From the IMG/VR virus record IMGVR_UViG_3300044501_000006, positions 1-44,215 of that record: a stretch of 44,215 nt of DNA. One strand, written 5' to 3'. A program made the position numbers and the translations under genes. The stretch comes from a virus. Positions 17,178 to 23,365 of this stretch are shown piece by piece; position 1 is the first letter of the stretch; each line of letters starts with the position of its first letter. Under the pieces are notes generated by a model, which saw only the letters and a list, made by a program, of their open reading frames with translations, was not told the origin of the DNA and did not search any database.

Positions 17178-18038
17178 TCATAGCCGCCGTCCCCGCGCGT
17201 GCAGGGACACGTCCATGCGCCCGTTCTCGTGCAGTTCGACCACGGCGAGGCCGCGCGTGCCGGGCTGGTACTGCTTCTTGGCCGCGTACGTGCCGAAGAA
17301 CCCGAGATAACTGGGACTGATAATGACGAGCGCGTTCCGCTCCACCGCGCGCCCGGTCCGCTGGTCAAAGTCGGTCTGGTAGAGCACGTCCACGAGCGGG
17401 TTGTGCAGGTGCCCGGTCCACACGAGATCGAACGGCTTCGCCCACGAGAGCGCCTTGCGCGCGGCCATGCGCTGCGCACCGGCCGTCGTCGCCGCACCGC
17501 TGCCATGATGCGCCAGAATGCGGAAGTTGTTGCCGCGCCAGCGCACCGTGCAAAACACGTAGTCGGGGAAGTAGGGCACCTCCAGCCCCCACGCGATCCA
17601 CTGCGCCACATCGAACCCCATCTGCAGCGCGCGATCTTCGTGGTTGCCCGGCAACGCGAACAGCATCTTGTGCCGCACGCGCGCCAACTGCGTCATGGCC
17701 TGCACGATCTGGTTCTGTGGGTCAAAGTCCTGCTGGTACACGCCGGCACCGACGGACAGCTTGCTCGCGTTCTCGATCGCGTCGCCCCCATTCCACGTCA
17801 ACACGTTCGGTGTGCGCGCGATCCACCGGAGATGTTCCGCGAACAGGGCCGCATCGTGGTGCTTGGAACCAATGTGCGCGTCGTAGAGCGGCGCCAGTTG
17901 GATGGACGGCCACGTGTCCGGCACCGTCACGACCAGTTCCGGAAACTCGCTCGCCGGTTCCGGGCGCCGCACGGTGACGCGCGGCGTGCGGAACTGGCGA
18001 CGCAAATGGCGCAGCAGTCCCTCATTGGTAAAGGTCAT
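17178..18038 (-). CDS. Calcineurin-like metallophosphoesterase (286 aa)
   Basis: Motifs YDAHIG, GGDAIEN, PGNHED, AHHGSG, TGHLH. ATG 18038 has GGGGGAG upstream and an ATGA overlap with the upstream stop. Confidence 0.85.
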   Translation of the reverse strand: MTFTNEGLLRHLRRQFRTPRVTVRRPEPASEFPELVVTVPDTWPSIQLAPLYDAHIGSKHHDAALFAEHLRWIARTPNVLTWNGGDAIENASKLSVGAGVYQQDFDPQNQIVQAMTQLARVRHKMLFALPGNHEDRALQMGFDVAQWIAWGLEVPYFPDYVFCTVRWRGNNFRILAHHGSGAATTAGAQRMAARKALSWAKPFDLVWTGHLHNPLVDVLYQTDFDQRTGRAVERNALVIISPSYLGFFGTYAAKKQYQPGTRGLAVVELHENGRMDVSLHARGRRL

Positions 18039-18298
18039 GCTCCCCCCTGTCGAGACAACCTGTAGACCCACGTGGCGCGCCGCCGCCCGCTCGGGTCCAC
18101 GATCGTGGCACGAACACGATCGCACCCTTTCGTCGCCAGCAGCATCTTGATCCGTGATGTCAATGTAGAGATCGGGGTCCGCGTCGCCTCGCTGAGTTGT
18201 GTCAAGGTCAAGTACCCGGCCGGTGGTGGTGGTGACATGGCCATGACGCGTCGCCACTGCTCCAACAGGGCCGGGTTCACCCCCTCGAAGCCGCTCAT
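18035..18298 (-). CDS. Putative HTH DNA-binding protein (87 aa)
   Basis: YLTLTQLSEATRTPISTLTSRIKML is helix-turn-helix-like. ATG 18298 is in an ATGA overlap. The longer ORF extension is Arg/His/Gly-rich and was rejected. Confidence 0.6.
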   Translation of the reverse strand: MSGFEGVNPALLEQWRRVMAMSPPPPAGYLTLTQLSEATRTPISTLTSRIKMLLATKGCDRVRATIVDPSGRRRATWVYRLSRQGGA

Positions 18299-18582
18299 AG
18301 ACCGGGCACCAACTGATCCCGCTCCCGATTCGTCATGGCGGCCATGAGGCCCGCGAACGTGGCGCGCAGCGCGTCCCCGGTCTGTGTGAGGGGCCACCAA
18401 TAATAGTCATCAGTTGGATTCAGGTCCCTCATACGTATGCTCACCATCAGGTTCCCCGTGCTCACCTTGTAGAGTGCGTAGCAGAGCCCGGACTGAGCTA
18501 TCTCCTGCTCCTCCACCGAACGCACAGCGCGTGGCGTATCGTACACCTCCGCGATCCGTTGCCAAATAGCGCGTCTTGTCAT
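18295..18582 (-). CDS. Hypothetical protein (95 aa)
   Basis: ATG ORF with coding-like composition; coupled to the downstream gene. Confidence 0.6.
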   Translation of the reverse strand: MTRRAIWQRIAEVYDTPRAVRSVEEQEIAQSGLCYALYKVSTGNLMVSIRMRDLNPTDDYYWWPLTQTGDALRATFAGLMAAMTNRERDQLVPGL

Positions 18583-18585
18583 CAG

Positions 18586-19056
18586 TCACCTCCATGAAAA
18601 TGATTGACGGCGCCCGTCCTGCATCAACAATTCCGCGCGGCCGTTATCACAGAATACGAGACTGAAAAGGTCCAACGACCCGGCGAGCGTGATAACGTCG
18701 CCACCCGCGTCCCCGTCCGGGCGTGTAAACGCGCTGTGCTCGCACGGCATCTTGGCCGCAACGTCAAGGTGCGCGTGCCCCGTGCCAATCTGTGCCGGGT
18801 TCGATGGACATGCGAACGCGACACTATCGGGCGCGCTCCCGAGCACCTGCGCTTGTGAGAAGTTGAGCCACACGATCATGTGCTCGCGCACCAGGCCCGT
18901 AAAACAGATCGCGTTCTCCTCCGGGGCCGTCGCCGTGACCCAGGCGCCGGCCGCGCGCCAGAAGCTCGTGTCGGCCGCGAAGCTTGTGATCGTGTGCGTC
19001 TCAGGGCGCGGCACGAGTGGCACCTGCAATTGCAGGAGCAGCAAGAGGCGAATCAC
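18586..19056 (-). CDS. Hypothetical protein (156 aa) with a Leu-rich N-terminus
   Basis: GTG 19056 in a GTGA overlap with the upstream stop. N-terminus VIRLLLLLQLQVPLVP. Contains arm B of the 35-bp inverted repeat near its 5' end. Confidence 0.55.
   Translation of the reverse strand: MIRLLLLLQLQVPLVPRPETHTITSFAADTSFWRAAGAWVTATAPEENAICFTGLVREHMIVWLNFSQAQVLGSAPDSVAFACPSNPAQIGTGHAHLDVAAKMPCEHSAFTRPDGDAGGDVITLAGSLDLFSLVFCDNGRAELLMQDGRRQSFSWR
18995..19029. repeat. Arm B of a perfect 35-bp long-range inverted repeat (partner 16784..16818)
   Basis: Plus strand tgcgtctcagggcgcggcacgagtggcacctgcaa, the exact reverse complement of 16784..16818. Confidence 0.95.
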
Positions 19057-19298
19057 GGGATCGGCACCACCGCGAACTTCTTCACCTGGCCCACGCGGAC
19101 GCCGGGGAACACTACGCGCCCCACAGAATGGCGCAGCATGGTCGTGTACAACACCGCGCGCCACCTGTCTCTCTCACCCCATGCATCAGCGGGACGCGTG
19201 ATGCGAATTATTACATCACGCTGCGTCACGCCCAGCGCCAATACGTCGCGCGACGGCCGCCCCACGTACAGGTAGCGCGACTTCGGTGGCGCCTTCAT
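19053..19298 (-). CDS. Hypothetical protein (81 aa)
   Basis: ATG 19298 in an ATGA overlap with the upstream stop; good third-position G/C bias; the long upstream extension was rejected. Confidence 0.6.
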   Translation of the reverse strand: MKAPPKSRYLYVGRPSRDVLALGVTQRDVIIRITRPADAWGERDRWRAVLYTTMLRHSVGRVVFPGVRVGQVKKFAVVPIP

Positions 19299-19657
19299 GT
19301 GCCACGTCCTTTCGGCAGCGCCACGCGCACCGCGCTCAACGCGTTCGTAAGCGCCTGGTACGCTTTCCACGAGTACAGAACGCTCGGCACCACGACACCG
19401 ATCGCGCCACAGCGAGCGCACCGCTGGTACAGGTCGAACAGCGCGGCACCGCCTACCGCGTACTTGGGGCCGACGCGCAGGGGACCGATCGTGTGCCCGA
19501 ACAGGCGGCAGCACTTGCGCGCGGTTCGTCGCACGATCCAAGAGAACAGCACGGTCCAAAAGGGCAGAACGGCGGTCGTCGGTGCGGGCCGTGCGAGGCG
19601 ATTGTGGCGCGCGATGATCTCCTGTGCGCTGATGGGATTCGGCTTAGGTCCGATCAT
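19295..19657 (-). CDS. Hypothetical membrane protein (120 aa)
   Basis: ATG 19657 in an ATGA overlap (ATG 19666 also possible). Hydrophobic VLPFWTVLFSWIV; CARCG motif. Confidence 0.6.
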   Translation of the reverse strand: MIGPKPNPISAQEIIARHNRLARPAPTTAVLPFWTVLFSWIVRRTARKCCRLFGHTIGPLRVGPKYAVGGAALFDLYQRCARCGAIGVVVPSVLYSWKAYQALTNALSAVRVALPKGRGT

Positions 19658-20115
19658 GGACGACACTCCTGTTGAATGATGGCGCGCGCTTGCGCGAGCG
19701 TGCTGACGACGACAGTCGGTAACAGTCTGCTGTCGGGCCAGGTCACGACCCAGCCGACGCGGCCCAGGTGCGGCAGGTTCGGTACGAGGTACCCGCGCAC
19801 GATCACCTCACCGGCCGAGACCGTGGCGCGGTACAAGGGATCACGTGAGGTGGGGTCACGGCGCAGACGCGCGCGCAGCGGTGCCGCTGACGCCGAAACG
19901 GCGCGCGCACGTTCCCGGTACCGCAGCCACTCAGGCCACAGGTCGAGCGCGCGCCACGCGGCGCGGTAGGGGAGATCGAGCGCCGTGCACGCGCGGCGCA
20001 CCGCGCCGTGGCGACCACCGCGCTGCGCCTCCTCCACGTAGCGCGCCGCGAGCGCGCGCAGTCGCGCCTCAGTCCAGAACCGTTCTCGGCTCATGGTCGT
20101 TATTGTGGCCTCCAT
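19654..20115 (-). CDS. Hypothetical basic protein (153 aa), first gene of the leftward early arm
   Basis: First ORF after the divergent control region; ATG 20115 (alternative ATG 20094). Confidence 0.65.
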   Translation of the reverse strand: MEATITTMSRERFWTEARLRALAARYVEEAQRGGRHGAVRRACTALDLPYRAAWRALDLWPEWLRYRERARAVSASAAPLRARLRRDPTSRDPLYRATVSAGEVIVRGYLVPNLPHLGRVGWVVTWPDSRLLPTVVVSTLAQARAIIQQECRP

Positions 20116-20398
20116 GATTGTGAATAAGGTGCTCTCAACCCGAATGTATACGCTCCGGTATCGCTCCGGTCAAGGGGTCCGGTAAGTGTCGGCACCGCAA
20201 CGCTTGTGTGCAATGTGTACCCTGTCACTGCTGCAGTATGATGATATTTCTCCATAAACACACCTAAGAGAGTATTTGTGTACGAATCGTCCCCAAAAGT
20301 CCTTTACGCATCCAATACGGAGAAAAAGCACGTTGTTGTAACGGTGACCAGGGCAATTTACCTTGCGCCGAACAGGGGTGCGCGCGTATATATTCAGG
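20116..20398. promoter_or_regulatory. Divergent control region between the leftward and rightward arms (lower GC)
   Basis: 283 nt without a credible ORF, flanked by divergently oriented first genes. Visibly AT-richer than the flanks. Contains TCCGGT x3 (20155..20184). Confidence 0.55.
20145..20173 (-). promoter_or_regulatory. Candidate sigma70-like leftward promoter (TTGACC-N17-TATACA)
   Basis: Minus strand: TTGACC (20173..20168), a 17-nt spacer containing two ACCGGA repeats, then TATACA (20150..20145), about 30 nt upstream of ATG 20115. Host promoter rules unknown. Confidence 0.3.
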
Positions 20399-20899
20399 AT
20401 GGCGGGACGGCCGAAGTATCGCGCGCTCGTCGCGCACATTGAGGCGGTGGGCGGCATCGAGTGGGTCTGTGATCTGATCCGTGCCGGTGACAGAACGCTC
20501 ACCCAGATCGCGGCGATGCTCGGCACGACACGGCCGATCCTGTACCAGTACCTTCATGTCAACGAGGAGCATAAGCGGCTCTACCAGCGAGCACGCCTGG
20601 AGAGCGCGGGCGCGCTGGCTGAGCAGGCGATGCAGATCGTGGACGAGTCCGACCCGATGGTGCCCGCGTCTGTGCAACAGGCACGTGAGCGGTCCGGTGT
20701 GCGCCGATGGTTAGCGGAGCGGTTCGACCGGGACACGTTCGGCCAGCCGGTAGGTGGCAACGTGATCCAGATCGGTGAACTGCACCTCGACGCGTTGCGC
20801 AAGTATGGTGGGCCGAGCGTGCTGCCGCCGGGTCAGGGAGTGGACGTGGTGGACGCTGAGGTGGTGATGGTGGAGCCGGCGCTGGAGGACCTACTGTGA
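20399..20899 (+). CDS. terS: Terminase small subunit (HTH N-terminal domain)
   Basis: First gene of the late arm. DRTLTQIAAMLGTTRPILYQYL is an HTH; ...QQARERSGVRRWLAERFDRDTFGQP is a typical terS pattern (recollection). ATG 20399 preferred over TTG 20363. Confidence 0.75.
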   Translation: MAGRPKYRALVAHIEAVGGIEWVCDLIRAGDRTLTQIAAMLGTTRPILYQYLHVNEEHKRLYQRARLESAGALAEQAMQIVDESDPMVPASVQQARERSGVRRWLAERFDRDTFGQPVGGNVIQIGELHLDALRKYGGPSVLPPGQGVDVVDAEVVMVEPALEDLL

Positions 20900-20951
20900 T
20901 CGATCTTTGGCCCTGCTCCGGCGCGTGGAGGGCTGCGCGCCGCCTACCTTG

Positions 20952-21016
20952 CGCGGCCCGGAGGGGGACGTGAACGACGATCCGATGGTTGCTCGCGGCC
21001 CGGAGGGGAACGTGAG
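20952..21016 (+). repeat. Two 22-nt direct repeats (one mismatch), 43 nt apart, in the non-coding region after terS
   Basis: 20952..20973 cgcggcccggagggggacgtga versus 20995..21016 cgcggcccggaggggaacgtga. Confidence 0.85.
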
Positions 21017-21338
21017 ATCCCTCGACTGACCGTTCATGAGGCCGGTTATGTATGTGAGTCCTCACCTCACATCCACAGAACTGGGCTAAGTGGTGTATTC
21101 ACAGCGAGTTACGTGCGCCATGGCGTATAAGGACCATTATGTTAAGTAGTTGTTGGGGGTTGTTGGCACCGTTCTTGTGGCACAGGGCTTGCTCGTTGGG
21201 TCCCTGGCCTGGCGAGCTAAGTGCTTGTGGGCCAAGGGCTTACTTTGGCCCCCCCCATCCTCTTGGGTCCCCCGGCCGGTGCTGGGCGATCCTACGAGCG
21301 CGTAATTTTTGGGCCAAAATCCTCCGAAAAATAGTTTT

Positions 21339-21412
21339 CAGGTGCGCGGCCCGAGCGGCAGGGGCACCAGTCTGTGAAGCTGGGGAAGCGGGTTCGAATC
21401 CCGCCCACCTGA
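21339..21412 (+). tRNA. tRNA-His-like gene (anticodon GUG), atypical D-arm/core, the same extra unpaired C in the acceptor stem, no encoded CCA
   Basis: CAGGTG-C-G CG GCCC GAGCGGCAG GGGC A CCAGT CTGTGAA GCTGG GGAA GCGGG TTCGAAT CCCGC CCACCTG A. T-arm and anticodon arm are canonical. U8, A14 and A21 are absent. No G-1:C73 pair. Confidence 0.55.
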
Positions 21413-21413
21413 T

Positions 21414-21809
21414 GTGCGCGTAGTTATTGGCGGCGGCCCGCGCACCGGGAAAACGACGGCCAGCTTCGGTTACCCACAGCCGGTGCGGCACACGGACCAC
21501 CTAATCTCGGCCGACAAGGACCACTCCTTGGACACTCAGGCGGCACTTGTTCAGCCGTGGCTGGCTGATCGGGACCCGTGGGTGATCGAGGGCGCCACGG
21601 CGTTTCACGCGCTCCGTTACTGGCTTCGCGCCCATCGGCATCAACCTGGGGGCGACACGGCGCGGCCGGCCGACCTGGTGATCTACCTGCGCGCGCCGCT
21701 GGTGCGCACGACGCTGGAGCAGGACGTGATGGCGAAGGGGATCGCGACCGTGTGGCGGCAGATCAGGCCGGAACTGGAGCGGCGCGGCGTGCGGGTGCAA
21801 CTTGGCTAA
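21414..21809 (+). CDS. Small P-loop NTPase / nucleotide (or polynucleotide) kinase-like protein (131 aa)
   Basis: Walker A GGGPRTGKTT at codons 6-15, so GTG 21414 is the only usable start. RHTDHL and WVIEG strands are consistent with a P-loop kinase fold. Confidence 0.8.
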   Translation: MRVVIGGGPRTGKTTASFGYPQPVRHTDHLISADKDHSLDTQAALVQPWLADRDPWVIEGATAFHALRYWLRAHRHQPGGDTARPADLVIYLRAPLVRTTLEQDVMAKGIATVWRQIRPELERRGVRVQLG

Positions 21810-21834
21810 AGCGGTGAAAAGGGGCGGTGAAAAC

Positions 21835-22020
21835 ATGAGAGCGAACGACTACGTGATCCTGTCCCGCGCTGTGGAGGAGGGGGCACGTTGTGGATGGCGC
21901 CGTGCGCACAAGCACGGGGATGGGTCCCCGCCGAGTGAGGAAATGGTGGTGGAACATGTCGAACGCGAAGTCATGAACGCGATCTGTGAGGTGTTTCAGT
22001 TTTCGGAACAGGTCGAATGA
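21835..22020 (+). CDS. Hypothetical small protein (61 aa)
   Basis: ATG 21835 with AAAGGGG upstream; its stop overlaps the next ATG (ATGA). Confidence 0.6.
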   Translation: MRANDYVILSRAVEEGARCGWRRAHKHGDGSPPSEEMVVEHVEREVMNAICEVFQFSEQVE

Positions 22021-22808
22021 AACTCGCGCTCGTGGCGCCGGTCCACAACCGCCCACTCGTGACGCGCCTGTGGCACGTGGCGGCGCGCCGCGTGGCGCGG
22101 TCTTGGGAACCGCACCACGAGACGCGCGTCTACGTGGCGGGGGACCAGGACGTGCATCGTGCGCTCGCGTCCGAGTTCGGCGCTACGTTCATCGAAGTGC
22201 CGAATCTGCCGCTCGGCGCGAAGATCAACGCGCCGACCGAGGCCGCGTGGCGTTGGGGCGCCGACTATGTGGTGACGCTCGGGTCCGATAACATCATCAC
22301 ACCCACGCTCGCGCAGCAGTACTGGACCGTGTTCACGGGCGGTGGTAGTGACGTGCCGACCCCCTACATAGGGCTGCGCTCGTTGCGCGTGATCGAGCCG
22401 ACGACGCAGCGCGCGCTGCACGTACGTGGGCACGCGCACCCGTCGCGAATCGGGGAAACGATTGGCCCCGGCCGCACGTTTTCGCGTGCGTTGCTCGACG
22501 CGCTGCACGGGCGCCCGTGGCCGGACAAGTTGTCACGGGGCGCTGATTTCCGGGTCACGTTGCGGTTGCGTCAACTGGGGCACCGCGCACCGACTTGTGT
22601 GCTGGAGGGGAACGGGGACGCGTATTTGCTCGACATTAAGGGCGTGGCCAACATGTGGAGTTTCGATCATCTGGCGCGCGTTACGCACATCGCGGTCCCG
22701 GACGACTATGAGCGCATGCTCGCGGCGCTGCCGCGCGAGGAATGGGAAATTGTCCGTCAGTTAGAGCACGCGACCTGTGTGGCGTGCGGAAAGCCGAGGG
22801 ACCTGTGA
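22017..22808 (+). CDS. GT-A fold (family-2-like) glycosyltransferase with a C-terminal CxxC
   Basis: MKLALVAPVHNRP start and LGAKINAPTEAAWRWGADYVVTLGSDNII resemble the GT2 layout (strand 1, then NxG...DyvxxLdsDD). Ends in CVACGKPRDL. Family assignment is tentative. Confidence 0.65.
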   Translation: MKLALVAPVHNRPLVTRLWHVAARRVARSWEPHHETRVYVAGDQDVHRALASEFGATFIEVPNLPLGAKINAPTEAAWRWGADYVVTLGSDNIITPTLAQQYWTVFTGGGSDVPTPYIGLRSLRVIEPTTQRALHVRGHAHPSRIGETIGPGRTFSRALLDALHGRPWPDKLSRGADFRVTLRLRQLGHRAPTCVLEGNGDAYLLDIKGVANMWSFDHLARVTHIAVPDDYERMLAALPREEWEIVRQLEHATCVACGKPRDL

Positions 22809-23365
22809 GAGAACGACCACCGCTCTGCTCGTGCCAGCGCGCGCCGCAGCACGATGGCGGCTCCTGCCGCCGCTGCCTGCACGAACGGTACGGGACCAAC
22901 TACGTGTACTATGCGGCCGACACGGCCGTGATCGGTGCTCGCCCGTACACGTTCGCGCGCGGCAATGACGGCCGTCACCTTCCATTTCTGTCATGTGGCG
23001 GCGTTCGGCTCGGGGTTGGAGTCGAGGTGTTCGATCACGCGATCGTGGACGCGGGGTTCCTGGGCGACACCGTGATTGGGGACGGGGTCAAGATTGGGCC
23101 GCGCGCGCTGGTCGGGCACAACACGATCGTGGGCGACCATAGTCTGATCGCGACCGGCGCGATCGTGGGCGGCCACTGCACTATCGGGCGCGAGGTTTTC
23201 ATTGGCATGGGCGCACTGATCCGGCCACGCACGACGATCGGGGACGGTGCGTACGTGGGCATGGGCGCGGTCGTGGTGGCGGACGTGCCGGCCGGTGCGG
23301 TCGTGTACGGGAATCCGGCGCGCGAGCAATTTCTTCCATCGGAGGACACTGCTGTGAATCGTTGA
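22805..23365 (+). CDS. Hexapeptide-repeat (left-handed beta-helix) acyl/acetyltransferase with an N-terminal Cys-rich segment
   Basis: Serial hexapeptide repeats: VIGDGVKIGPRALVGHNTIVGDHSLIATGAIVGGHCTIGREVFIGMGALIRPRTTIGDGAYVGMGAVV...VYGNPAR. N-terminus has CSC...CRRC. GTG in a GTGA overlap. Confidence 0.85.
   Translation: MRERPPLCSCQRAPQHDGGSCRRCLHERYGTNYVYYAADTAVIGARPYTFARGNDGRHLPFLSCGGVRLGVGVEVFDHAIVDAGFLGDTVIGDGVKIGPRALVGHNTIVGDHSLIATGAIVGGHCTIGREVFIGMGALIRPRTTIGDGAYVGMGAVVVADVPAGAVVYGNPAREQFLPSEDTAVNR

Noticed and set aside
20896-20973. 25-codon mini-ORF (GTG in a GTGA overlap with the terS stop) running into the first 22-nt repeat
   Set aside because: Too short and compositionally uninformative to call. 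Noted only because it follows the genome's coupling pattern; it needs ribosome-profiling evidence.
21339-21412. tRNA-like element as an attP site (3' tRNA fragment for integration)
   Set aside because: I found no tyrosine or serine recombinase, excisionase or repressor module in the genome. The element forms a complete cloverleaf including 5' acceptor and D stems, not just a 3' fragment.
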